DNA of 64,000 nt from Ramazzottius varieornatus. Lineage: Eukaryota; Animalia; Tardigrada. Position numbers and translations under genes: made by a program. The DNA is taken from contig BDGG01000001.1 of assembly GCA_001949185.1 (NCBI GenBank), positions 2,621,324 to 2,685,323 on the forward strand. Direction: 5' to 3'. The notes beneath the pieces are model-generated. The model was given only the letters and a program-made list of their open reading frames with translations. It was not told the DNA's origin and made no database searches. Positions 1 to 12,477 of the stretch are shown here, in pieces (within the stretch, counting starts at the first letter, position 1; the number at the start of each line of letters is the position of its first letter).

Positions 1-673
1 CCCGGTACATTAGTTCCCGTAAGACTTACCTTGATGACCGCAGGAAAGATAAGCTGGTAAAGGTGTACAAGGATGATCTTTCACAACTTACGGAACACTT
101 CCTGTGGAGACGGCGATGTGCCCACTTTTCCACGCCGAGGCACAACTAACAAGCCACAACACCGCACCGCAACCCAAAACAAAATCTGCAATTCACCACA
201 AACGATGAGGCGAGACCTCTTTCATACCGACGAAACGCAACAGTAAAACATGTTGCAAGCTTGAGGTCGATCCTTAGTTCTGATTGCTTTTTAGCACCGG
301 CTCGCTTCAAGATGGGATACCGAGGCTTATACTATTAGACTCTGAAGCGAGATTTCCTCAAGAACAGTAAAATAAGTCCGTTCCACCTACACTGTGTTCA
401 TGCGCTTACGGGTGTACGTACAACCTGCATCTTAGTTGGATTGATTGGATGGGAAACGTCGTCTGCGAAAAATCCATCATTATTTTCCTGTGAACATTCT
501 TGATCGATCGATACCTCCTTACGTTACGCGGGTGGAGGATCCAGGAGGAAAGAGCAGATCTCTTACGGAACAGTCTGGCGGAGACGGCATGAGTGCATCT
601 TGCGGACACTATCCCTGAATCTTCTCCGGTTCTATTCTGAACAGACCAGCTTCTCCAGTGTCCCGAAATCACA

Positions 674-1655
674 ATGGCATCTGCCTCCCGAGCAATATGC
701 TACGTTCTCCTGCTATGGATAGCCATCATTGTCGTTCTCGGCAAGTTTACTCGTCCTGTATTTTGAACACATCACAATAGTTCTGTATTCCAGGTGTATA
801 CTACTGCCTATCCGGACAGGGATGGCGGATAGACTTCGGCTGGTACGTTCGCACCTTTCATCTTATGATTGTTTGATCCATGCACCAACTTCGACATCAT
901 GTGATTAGGTTCCTAGAGTCCCTTAGCCCGTTCATATGGGCATGCACGGGAGCAGCAGCGTCCATCTCGCTTTCCGTAGTGGGGGCCGCCTGGTAAGGCA
1001 GAGATAAGAAGTCGCACATATGATTTGGAATATTACAATTCGGAAGATCGATGATGTGTATTTGTGATCTTTTTCTTACAGGGGCATCTTCACCACGGGC
1101 TCTTCCATCCTTGGCGCGGGCGTGAAAGCACCACGAATCAAGACCAAAAACTTGGTCAGCATCATCTTCTGCGAAGCTGTTGCGATCTACGGAATCATCA
1201 TAGCTATCGTCATTGCAAATCTAATCGAGGTTTGTAGCAACAGCGAAGAACTGAAAGAAGGTAACCTCATGCTTTTCCTACGGTAATTTCTTCGTGCTGT
1301 AGGACTTTAACTACGACCGGATATCGCCGAACGGATATAGGCAGACAGTCTTCTCGGGATACGCTCTCTTCGGAGCTGGACTGACGGTGGGCTTCTGCAA
1401 CTTCTTCTGTGGTATAGCCGTGGGTATTGTCGGGTCCGGTGCTGCGTTAGCCGACGCCCAGAATGGATCGCTCTTCGTCAAGATTCTCATCGTCGAGATT
1501 TTCGCATCTGCCATCGGTCTTTTCGGAGTCATCGTGAGCATCATTCAGGTGAAATTCTCGTTCAATGCCAATCATCACATCGGAGAATCGTAGTTTCATC
1601 GTTGCCGCTTTCTTCCTTGTAGGTTTCCGCAGTGAGAATGGGAGAGAAATCCTAA
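674..1655 (+). CDS. ATP6V0B: V-type ATPase 21 kDa proteolipid subunit c'' (copy 1); exons 674-740, 794-842, 909-992, 1082-1229, 1303-1548, 1623-1655
   Basis: The spliced reading gives [10 protein letters not shown]...GWRIDFGW...[27 protein letters not shown]...[32 protein letters not shown], the VMA16/c'' signature. All exon phases are compatible. Intron 1 has a GC donor. Confidence 0.95.
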
Positions 1656-2162
1656 AAGAATCTCCAACATTGGAATCTCCAAGTACTCTTACTCTTTTCT
1701 CTTTGATACATATCTCACACTGTTTCGCTTGGTAATCTCTTCTCTGACTTGTCTTGCTATCCTTCTCACATTCCCTGAAGAAATGCGGATCGCTGTACAT
1801 GCTATGGTAGTCAACGACCGGCTCTTCCACGTTAGTCAGATTTTCAAGTTCTTGTTTTAACAAATTGACGCCTGTGTTTCGTAGTGATGTTTTTAGTTTC
1901 TGAAAGGTACGGACGATAACTTATTGTATTGCAAAGCTGGTGTGATGGTCCGTGTGGGTACGTGACTCTAAAATTAATTAGTAAACCGAACACTTTGCTA
2001 TCGATGATTTGGATAGGATTTTGCAAGATTAGATAGGACCACACCGAGGTTCGCCATTCAACACCCACAGTCATACCGTACAACTACCAGGTCAAATACG
2101 CTCTGTGTAATTTTACTGGACATTCTTGGAGACTCTGAGTTCAACGAGACACTCGAGACGTC

Positions 2163-3242
2163 ATGGGTTATGGAGCTCCTCTGGGCTACTTCTCGTTCTT
2201 GTGGACTGGAATAGTGGTCGCTCTTGGTTGGTCATCGCAGATGAAAATTGCCGCATCATCATTACGGATGAAGGATTCTTATTGAAAAGTCTTGCTTCAC
2301 TTTCAGGTTTATACTACGTTTTGTCGGGCCAAGCATGGCGAATAGATATTGGATGGTACGTAAGTCTCTTCCCCGATGATGTTACTTTTTATGTAACGAG
2401 CATTGTAGGAGCGTCTTAGCCTATATATGCTACCGCAGGTTCCTGACATCCATTAATCCATACATGTGGGCCAGCCTAGGAAACGCATTATCCATAGGTC
2501 TTTCGGTGGTCGGTGCAGCATGGTGAGTCCATAAACTATAGACTTTACACTGCGTATGATCTTTCACTGAACTGGGATGAAGTTCGAAGAACTCAACTAC
2601 AGTGGGGTTACAGTACTGTGTTGCACTTTCTCATTCCAGGGGTATGTCGATCAGTGGTGTTTCCATAATCGGCGGTGGCGTCAAGGCTCCTCGAATAAAG
2701 ACCAAAAATTTAATCAGCATCATTCTCTGCGAAGCAGTTGCAATTTACGGGCTTATTATTGCCATCGTCATCTCAGGAGCTATACAGGTAATAAGAGCTC
2801 GGCGACTACCACGCAGTTGGAAGAGTCAACACTTGCCGTCTTGCTACGTGCTATCTTCCTCCTCCACTCAACTGTTTCGTTCGGCGTCGAGTATTTCGTG
2901 CATTCTTTCAGCATACCGACGATACTCTGTTGTCTCTGAACCAAATTGCCGCGAACTACAAGGCCGGATATGCCCTTTTTGCTGGCGGGATAACAGTCGG
3001 GATGTGCAACCTCATATGCGGCATCACCGTCGGGATCGTAGGATCTGGAGCCGCGCTGGCCGACGCGCAAAGCGGTTCCTTGTTCGTCAAGATTCTGATC
3101 GTGGAAATCTTTGCCTCGGCTATTGGACTATTCGGCCTAATCGTCGCCATCATTCAGGTACCATTCACCGAGGTTCGCCAAATCAGAAACTCTTGCGTGA
3201 AGAGTTCTTCTGTTGTAGATAAGCGGACAAAGGATTCAATAG
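2163..3242 (+). CDS. ATP6V0B: V-type ATPase subunit c'' (tandem copy 2); exons 2163-2226, 2307-2355, 2439-2522, 2640-2787, 2912-3157, 3219-3242
   Basis: Same motifs ([27 protein letters not shown]; [28 protein letters not shown]) and the same five intron positions and phases as copy 1. The frame is open throughout. Confidence 0.93.
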
Positions 3243-3916
3243 CATAGGAAGAACTCAAAACCGGATCCGGAAGTAACTGTCACATGTGTTATCGGATGTA
3301 TTTATTCTTCGACGTAGACAGATTGATAAAACAAAAAGAACAAGAAATATATAACAATCTTTACAAAACTCTGTTCACTAGTAGGCGATCGCCCCAGCAG
3401 TAGGCGCGCACTCCTAAACCAACAATAGCCTTTTCCTCTCTCCTCGAACACCAGGCACCGTAATCAAGATACAGTACTGCAAGTCACCGCTCCGTGCACC
3501 GGTTCCATACAAAACCGGGGCTCTCCGTAGAAAACAAACCGGCTGGCAGTCCACATTCCATCATCATCAAAAGAGCACAGCGAAAAAGAAAATTAAAAAT
3601 CATTCCGTAAGAAAAAACACCACAGGTCAAAGGTTGGATGGACAACGTAATGAGAGAAGAACGTTACAGTAAGTGAAGCTAAAGGCTAAAAAATTGACCG
3701 GTGATCTTCGTCCACTCGGGAACTCTGTGATTATCTTCTTCTGCGAAAAAGACGTTTGCTGTTGGAGGAAAATGGTGGAAAGTCCGAACAATCCTGAAGC
3801 GAAGGCGAGAAGAGGTACGATCACGAGGAGAAATAAATCCGTTTAGACCTTTTATCCGGGATGAAGCTCAAGCGGGGGAAAACGAAGAGAACGACAGCTG
3901 ATGGTGGTCCTTGCTC

Positions 3917-6900
3917 CTACTGGGAACTCGAAGGGTCGTTCGCTAAAAACATTGCGATTGTTTCGATAAATACCTCAATTTCATAATATGGGAGCTGGAC
4001 AGACGAACTTGACGCAATCGTTGCCCAAAGTGACGACAATTCCGATGCTGTTAGCGAAAAGTGTGCGCCACTTCGAATATCGATCTCGTCAAATTTCTTT
4101 GTCGAAATCTTTTTTTCGACATTTCAAAATTCATGTTTTAGTTCTGTGTGAATTTACGAGCTTACAGTCTTCTGGCTCTTCTTGTTGATGTCCAGCCCCC
4201 GGAACGTTCGGCTGATTGGGATCCCCCAAATGGACCGGAGGACTCTGGGACATCCCATGCTGACCGGAGAGGGAGTGGGGGTTATAGGTAGCGTAGGCGG
4301 CGTGTTGTTGTGATTGGTGAGCCTGCTGCATGGATAGGTTCTGCTGGAAACTGGACAGTAACTGGCCGTACATGGCTTGTTGTACGAGCGATTGCTGATG
4401 ATGTTGATGCTGTTGCTGGAGGAGAGCGAGAGAAGGACCCGAAAGAGCTGAGGGTGACATAGTTTGTCGTTTCACAGATGGTGCGAGACCATGAAAGACC
4501 TACAGAAAACAAAACCTAAAAGCCTATTCTCAATGTATCCCCCTCATAACCAGAAAAAGAAAGCCCAAACGAAAAGACGGAAACAAGGACAGGACAGCGG
4601 AAAGGGGGAAAAAGTGTGTTCGGACAAACCAGCTCAGAATCCTGCTCAAAGGAGGCCTTCCTCTTGAGGCTCCCCGTTTGTTGTTGCGCAGCGGCGGCTT
4701 GTGCCTGTGCAGCAGCTTGCGCAAAGGAGACAGACAACGATTGCAAGGCCATGGGACTTAGGGACGGAGGCATAGCAGCGCTAGCGGATTGCTCGGACGA
4801 TTGCGCGTAAAGAGAGGACAAACCCTGGACCTGCTGCGCCGCAGCCAAGAGTTGGTTCATTGCGCTAGCGACAGCCTGTTTCTGTTGCAGCAAAGCAGCA
4901 GCAGCGCGGAAAGGAGAAGTGGCGGCAGCAGCTGCTTGAGCTACCAAGGAATTGTAATCACTGGTAGCAGCAGCTTGACCCACGGGAAGAGTCGCCCCCA
5001 CAGCCTGAGCAACCACAGTCGCCACACCGGTACTACCGCCACTGTCGATACCAGCCTAGAATTTAGGGGAAGAAAACAGGAGAGCGTAAGCAAAAGTGCA
5101 TACGAGCACCAATAGGTAATGCTGCATACCTGGAGGCGATACAAATTAGTAAGTAATCAAAAGTCATGCGATGTGTTAGCGGTAATTACAAAAAGTACTG
5201 GGGACGACACGTTGGTAAGCTTTACATTCCAGCGGAAACACCAGCGAACTTCCGTTGCTGTTTCTCTAGTTATTTTTCGGTCATCGGCATATAGTTTAGA
5301 TTTGTCAGCCTCGAAGGCGTTCATGCTTCTTTAGCTAGCATGATTTGTGCCATGCCTTGGACTTACCGATGTGTTCACAGATTGGCGAGATTTGAGTTGC
5401 TGCATAAGGTGGGCAGGAGGGTGGAAGTATCGACATCTGGAAGAATAGAAAACTAAGTTCGGTTAAAGTCGGTGGTTTCACTAACCGAAAGATAGCCGAA
5501 GGTTGGGCTGATTAGACTCACGTTTCACGACCGCATTTCCCTGCAAACAGAAACCCAATTAGTAGGTGAACACGGTAATAACGTATCATTATGCTCAGCA
5601 TACCTTTGAGGGAGTCCATGCAGACGATAACCATGTTATCAGTAACTTGCACATGTTCCGACGGATGTGCATAACGGCACTCTTGTTCGCTCCGTCGACA
5701 GGTGCCCCGCGAGAATTCGCGACACACTTCCAATCTGTCCATACGCCCTTTGCCGCCACCAGAGCCTCCACCACCATGCTGCTGATGCAGTAGGTTAGCG
5801 CTGCCCATGGGCGACATCATCCCGAGAGAACTGGAGGACTCGGCTAGGCTATGTGACGAACCGGAAGGACCAGGACTCGAACTGGACATGTACGACGAAC
5901 CCGAGCTCAAGTACGGACTGCTAACCATTCCCGTCGTTGGATAGTACGCATTCAGCAGAGGCATTTGCTGCAGAAAGGAAACCCAGTCAGATCGCAATCC
6001 GAAACTTCAGTCCGAACTCGAGCCAGAAACCCACTTGCAGGCAAAAACACTACCCTTCGAGCACCTGCATACCCCTAACCCACAATCTTAGCATTACCAG
6101 CACGTATGCAGGTACATGATGCGTAACAAGTTTAGCTTAACGTAAGCACCTGCATATCCCACATCACCGTTTGCACGAGGTCAGTAAGTATGCAGGTACA
6201 TGGCATGCGATAAAATTTGTTGTTAGACTTCCCGAAAGCTTCTAGAAAATCTTTACCTGCATCTGAAGTTGCGCTTGCAGTTGTACGGGTTGCTGCTGTT
6301 GATGCTGCATCTGCATTTGCTGCACCATGATATTTTTCATGGCCAGATGGTTGCGGCCATTGATCAAGAGCTGGTCTTTCAGATGCTGCGGTGGATGGTA
6401 GAACTTGCATGGTGGATTGTCCCGTGTACAGCGACTCTGCAAAGAGAAAAGCACTCTATAAAAAAAGCCATCCCTAGGCCTGTAATTTCGCCTCGGAGCG
6501 ACCTACATCTGTCACGATATAATGGATTTAAAGGAAAGATTTGTATGTGTCTGCGTTGGGTGTATCATGACCGAGAATATTTAAACCGACACTGTATTTA
6601 ATCACCATGTGTATTAGGATCTTCCATATCGACCCGTTCTCTATCAAGCACTTTACGGTCGTTAAATTGCTGTCAATAAAACAATGTACCCCCTTCGACC
6701 TTGCGGAAAAGTCTCAAGGCCGACATGAGCAGGTCATCTAACAGACAAGCGGAAACGCAACGCGCGTCTAGACGGCTTACAGGTAGACACACTCACTGAT
6801 AATCCTGTTACCCCAATACCTTCAATTTCCCTTTGTCAGCGTCTTTCTCAAAAACACACCAAAAAATGTCTGAAAGGCCGCAGCAGAGGTTCTTACAACT

Positions 6901-7533
6901 TCACGCTGACGACCAACATTTACGAAATTTGAGACTATCAGTCTGAAAAGTATAAAATCTTCGCTGCGTCTCTTCGAGTTTCTGCTGTAATCGCATTGTG
7001 ATACTCCACACGACGCTCTTGAGCAGCTTGGGGTCTCGAAAGACCGTCACTTTGTGGTCCAGACAGACAGTTCAAACAACGTCACTGCACCAGCGGAAAT
7101 GTACAGTCACGTAGTACGAACGCCACGCAAAGCTATCTTCTAATCTGATATTTACATAACGGAAGAGCAGCAAATTACGCAGAAGTTAGAAACACTTTAG
7201 CCCTCTTCTTCACACCCGACTTCTCCTTTCGGGGTTACAGTTCACAAAAAGAATGCCCACCTTGATGGAATCGTAGCAGGCCGTGACGCGGCCATTCTGG
7301 ATTTCTACATGGGGTGGTGGATGGGCAAACTTGCATTCCTCATCAGACCTCGTGCATTTGTTTCTTTGCGCTTCCCGACATACCTAAAGATAGACTTATT
7401 TATGCCACGCGATCACAGGACAAGTCTAATTATACTTCTCATGAGTAACGGACGGTGTGATACGAAAGGTTCTCACCTCAAGCTGCAACCATCTCGAATC
7501 TTTCATATGCGTTGGAATATTGACATTAGCCAT
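3917..7533 (-). CDS. mbl: Muscleblind-like RNA-binding protein with two CCCH zinc-finger pairs (~532 aa); exons 7477-7533, 7261-7383, 6257-6436, 5604-5967, 5522-5540, 5367-5436, 4630-5055, 4166-4499, 3917-3942
   Basis: First pair: [19 protein letters not shown]|[22 protein letters not shown]...VTACYDSIK|[31 protein letters not shown]. Second pair: [26 protein letters not shown]...[23 protein letters not shown]-rich linkers and a KRKA...KR NLS-like motif are present. The 3' exons are less certain. Confidence 0.93.
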
Positions 7534-9094
7534 AGCAGTGCAACCCGCAATGATTTAGCCAATACAGAGAGCAGGAGAGGAGTAAAGCTTCCTTCCAAAA
7601 AGCGCAGCGACAGCTGTTTCTATTGGTGGAAGTGCTGGAAAAGAAGAGTTCCACAACCATAAATATATCTCGAACGCGACTTTCCGAATCGAGGAACTTA
7701 CCTTTGCATGCAGACTGCGAGGAAGTCAAGTCGACGTAAGGAAACAAAAGACGAAGCTGTGAGTAGCTAGTCGATTTGCAGCAACGACGAGGCGGGACCC
7801 GATACCATGACATTCCATGGAGAAATGTCCGGACTGATCGCCAGGCTGATTGCCCCTTCAAAAGAAAGGAAAAACAATCGGTTAGTCAACCATTAAACGA
7901 TACTATCAAAGAATACCATGGTTTCTAGTTCTGGCGACTCTATCGCCGTGACACAGATAACTGAGCGAGACGGCACATATATGGACGCTGTCAAACGGAA
8001 ATCAGAGATGTCTGAAACACTGATGCACAACTGGTTTGAGAAGCTCATTAGGGAAGAATTACTTCACTCCGTCCCTGAAAAGTACCTTAAACAGTCTCTA
8101 ATAGACCTTAACCTACCTGGCAATCGGCAGAACTTCTCTCCTAGCCTTGCAATCGCGATGGCCAGGAGAGCAGACTTTACAGTAGATGTCCACCAGGGAC
8201 GAGCGACGAAATTCAGCCGTTCCTTGCGTTAGGGATAATTAACCCCAATCCAGCATTAGGTCTGATTTGCCTATGAACAGAAGCATAAGTAATTTTGCAA
8301 GGTGGGTAACCTGCAACAAGGAGGAAGCACCAGTAACGGCAGAGGGAACACCTAGCTTACCTGATGGTAGGGTAGAATGATGTCAAAAAATCCGAAATGC
8401 GTCCCGATCCCTGAGTGTTCCAGTCGCTTCATCGTCGCATAAAGTGTTAGGCGAACCGTCAGACGGAAAGCATCAGTGGATTCTCTATAGGTGTCTATTA
8501 CAGAATAACTATGAATATTGATAAGAAACACAAAGAAAAATAAATCGTCCTTCCGTAGCACCTTACGGAACTTCAAACCAGATCTTGTTTGTCTGGCAAA
8601 GAACTGTGCCCTTGAGTGAGCGGAGGCGGAGCAACCACAGCTAACGAATAACAAACTCCAGTAGAAAAATATGACCACTCACACAGTTTCTAATCGCACT
8701 TCCGGTGACGCCACACCTACTGTTTAGTCTTGTACCGAGCGAACTCTTCGCGGTCGCAAGGGCCGGAAATGCGCGACGGGAACCCGCGAAAAGTCCGCTC
8801 CCATCCTTCGATTCCCCATACGTACACCAAGGAATAAGCCGACATCATGCATAAAGATTGTAAAGATTGTTCTGTAGTTCCATATGCAGACACCACACTG
8901 CCCGCTCGCTTGACATACATCAACTTCAGTAAGAAGCTATTAAAACGTTTCTCAAAATTGTCGCAGCATATGAACCTATGTACACCACGCCACAAAACTA
9001 GAAATAAAGCTTTCCTAAAGAAAACGCTGCGTCAGTACTGTAGGAAACACAAACGGGCAGATATAACAATCTCCGTGGTTTCCGGAGGTCCACC

Positions 9095-10886
9095 TTAGCC
9101 CAACAGTTCGTAGTCGGAGTCAGAATCCGAGCCATGCTCTGTTGTCTGCTGTTGCCTATTCTTTGCGTTGAAAGCTACGGGAGGATCAAAAAGCTGTCCC
9201 TGCGATGTAGACGACTTTGTGGTCTTGCCACTGTCTGCCGAAGCATTCCATCCCGTTGGACACTTCTCACAGAGCTCGAACAGCATGGGCTGCTTGTCCA
9301 ATACGCAGACGCGAAGACTCTTGCACAAATTCCGGAAATCTGATTCGGTGTGACAGTAAAAGCCTTCAAACAGACAAAGCTGGGCAATGCATCCAAGAGA
9401 AAGACTGACTTATAACGAACGAATTAATATGCGTGACTTTATCAGAGGTGAGGGAACTCGCACTGACCTAGCGCCATCGACGGATCTATCGCCGAGAAGT
9501 CCATCCTCCACACCGTACTGCTGTGGTAGCTTTCGTCAGGCAGACTTTGCGTAGCTTTCAGAACTTCTTTCATCTCCATTTGACTTGTGAAATTCAGAAC
9601 AGGTGCGGGTTGAGTCTTGTGAGGGTCGAGGTACAACAGTTGATTGTCTGCAACATGAAGAACATCGTGTTATGTTGGACTAGTTTTGCTTTGATGCTCC
9701 TATATCCACATAGATGCTGCAGCACTCACCGACAAAACCGATGAAGTAATATGCATGGTTAGGCTTTCCCCCTATTATGCCCACTGATTCCCTCAGCGAC
9801 AAGCAGCTCTTCAGGGCGGAAAGGTATGCTGAATTCATTTCCGTCAGCCCCAACCTGCGAAAGAGAAACCATGCGTTACTTTCGAGACAATGGGAAACGG
9901 CACCAGCTGCAGCTCAGTTCGGATTGGTCCAGAAATCGCTTACCGCAGTGGAATAAACAGCAGCAGAGGTGTCCAGAATCCGTTGTGCGTTTTGCAAACT
10001 TTGTCCACCTACAAACACAACCGATTGATCTCCCAGGCCTTCAACAAAGCCGAACCTTCCTTTCTAGGTGTTACCTCTTCAATGATCAGCAGATTGTCCA
10101 TGGCAATATGCAGCGACAGCCGGTCGCTAATTTCATCGAAGTTGGAAAGTTTCTTGAGTACTTGAGCCACCGTGTTAGGACCAAACCACTCGCCTATCTT
10201 CTTTCCTTCCTTTTCCCCCATCAAGGCGATCTGGTGGACACTGTAACAGGCTCTCTTATGATCCAGGAACCTCGACAGTATAGCGTTGTATTCTTCGCTT
10301 CGATTCGCCCTTTCATCCCATCGGAAGTCTCGACCGAGTGACTGAACCAACAGAGCTTGAGCAAGAATCATCTGTCCGCATCTATATAACGAATACACTA
10401 TATAACTGAGGAACGCTCTTGCATTCATCACAAACAGAGCCGAGTACCTGAGCATGCAACCCCATCCAGTGTCCATAGTAGGTCCGTGGGTGCTGATAGG
10501 AGGAAAGCCTCTACGGTATGTGAACCAGAACTTTGTTTTGACCTACGGGAGTACATAACAGTATGTTAGCCACTCTAAATTCCATCCTACATACGCCATA
10601 CCACAAAACCCCGTTCGACGCTGACTGCCGCTCCAAATGGTCACTTACATCGGACTTTATCTCTTCGAGATCATCAGTGGAGCTGTATGCTTTGCCTGCA
10701 GCCACATATAGAAAGTTAGTGAGGAGCAAGCTTCCATAAGCATGATTACGCAGATTATCATATACGCAGGGTTTCCAGTGTGTGTGCGCTCTTACCTAGG
10801 ATCCAGACAGGTCCCGTGGATTCGGGTAGGTTGAATACAATGTCGTCGTTCCCGTAGAAGTCGTAGTTCGAGAAGCTTACGTCCAT
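9095..10886 (-). CDS. ATG4: Cysteine protease ATG4 (multi-exon)
   Basis: Catalytic DTGWGCMLR(C)GQM, GKKIGEWFGP, YLDPH (catalytic Asp/His), IDPSMALG, and a C-terminal acidic LIR DSDSDYELLG*. Confidence 0.95.
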
Positions 10887-11565
10887 TCCTTTGAAGATTA
10901 GATAACCTGGTCGCGCAACACTCTTCACTCTCTCAACTGGCGCACCTTGTTCGAATCGTGTTCCACATCTGCTGGGCTATCGACTTGGAGACGCCGTCGG
11001 AAGGCAATTAAAGACGATCCTTACGATGAAGATCCTTTTTATCCCATAATACTACAGATAATCCCGTGAGAAGCAACAAGCTGGTCCAGAATTTCGATTA
11101 TGCACAAAGGTTCGAACTTCCTAATGAAAATGAAACCAAAACAACGAACAACTCGCGTGACCACTTGACTTCAGTCATGACTACGTAACAGCCTATCAGA
11201 TTCTTGGTGATGTCATGTCTGCCCCGGGAGTATTTACTTCTCAGTTTTCACCCCGGTAAACGGGGGGCTCAAGAATCAAGATCCCGTTTACGTAACGTCC
11301 ACATCGAATTGGAATTATTGGTATCAGATTTACGTCATCTCAGTAGCGACCTTATGTTTCTTATGAAAGTCCAGGTAGGCTTTCTGCTGTTCATTATTTA
11401 GCTCCGCATGGTCGATCTTGTCCTGCGCAAGTTTGCGAAGGAAAGTCTATAAGTCAGAGAAGAGACCATAAATTTTGAATTGTTTTGATTACAGGAGAAC
11501 ATGAGTTAGAAGCTAGTTCGCGGCGTAATGCAGCGCCTGAGTCCAGGAACGTTTTCGGAATAATG

Positions 11566-12036
11566 TCATAATGTCCTGCCTTTATTACACATGTAAGTGA
11601 CGTCCAGGATCTTCTGCCGGTTGACCAATGTCCGACAGTAGCTTGGAGGAAGATTCAGCCGACTGACATTGACCGTCCCCGCGGAGTCGATCTCTGCTGG
11701 AAAGAAACTGAGGGAGCTCGGTATCGGTATCTCGCATGATGGTTTCTTGTCGCATAATATCCTCATTTGACTAAGCATATCGCGTCTGCATCCCTTCAGG
11801 CTTCCTGCGGAACTGAACGTAGCATCCACATACAACAGCGCGGACTTTATCGTAACCAGGTGGAAAGATTCGGTAACATTGGCCGATGAGACGCAGGAAC
11901 CTCCGCAGGCAACGTATCCCGGGTCGTCGCCGAAAATACTGACAGTTCCAATAGTCCGACTGTCAGTTTGTGAAAGACGACAGAGGAACATCCCGACAAC
12001 GAGTAAGTTTCTCAGAAACCTGTGTGTTTTCGGCAT
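11566..12036 (-). CDS. Secreted SUEL/Gal-lectin-like (rhamnose-binding-lectin fold) protein, single exon
   Basis: Hydrophobic leader, then IKSALLY...C...LSQMRILCDKKPSCEI...C...KILDVTYMC, matching the SUEL Cys and YxC pattern but divergent. Confidence 0.65.
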   Translation of the reverse strand: MPKTHRFLRNLLVVGMFLCRLSQTDSRTIGTVSIFGDDPGYVACGGSCVSSANVTESFHLVTIKSALLYVDATFSSAGSLKGCRRDMLSQMRILCDKKPSCEIPIPSSLSFFPAEIDSAGTVNVSRLNLPPSYCRTLVNRQKILDVTYMCNKGRTL

Positions 12037-12477
12037 AACATCCAAATTGAGGTGGTAGTGTGATAACCGGGCTCGTGATAAAAAAGGGATAGCTGTCGGT
12101 CGGTCTGTTCTTGGGTTAAATCGTCGGCACGGCGGGTACGACGCAATGAAACTTTTATGAGAACGCTATTATGGCGGAACAACCGAGATGTTGTGGCCAT
12201 GGAATAGTCTTACCGGTAACTGGTGGACCCGGAAACTAACCATGTCAAGCGAAGACAAACGATGAATGATGTCACCAGTGGTTCAACTGATCGACGAAAA
12301 TGAAGTTATTAGCCAAAGGCTACAATTCCGCTAAGTTCTCCGTACTTTCGACAAATTGTTTTGCCGAGCAATCTAAGAAAACCAGACCAATGTTTAATAA
12401 GCAATGTGTAATTTTTGACTTCCGTTAGGTTTGACTAATCAGTTTTTCCTCGATGTTGTTCTGATTCTCGAACGCAA

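Noticed and set aside
1-672. Minus-strand gene running off the left edge (ORF 406-672 and several donor-like sites)
   Set aside because: Exon-like pieces are visible, but no consistent frame or recognisable product could be assembled.
6061-6203. H/ACA snoRNA reading of the twin hairpins
   Set aside because: There is no ANANNA hinge box between the stems on either strand, and the pairing is better explained by complementarity to the splice donor.
7560-9000. Short ORFs between mbl and ATG4, and the many antisense or alternative-frame ORFs elsewhere in the track
   Set aside because: They have no motifs and are best explained as mbl 5' UTR/regulatory DNA or as shadows of real exons.
10382-10447. 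Stop-free 66-nt in-frame intron right after the ATG4 catalytic Cys motif
   Set aside because: Short 3n introns without stops are common by chance, and the sequence gives no evidence of regulated retention.
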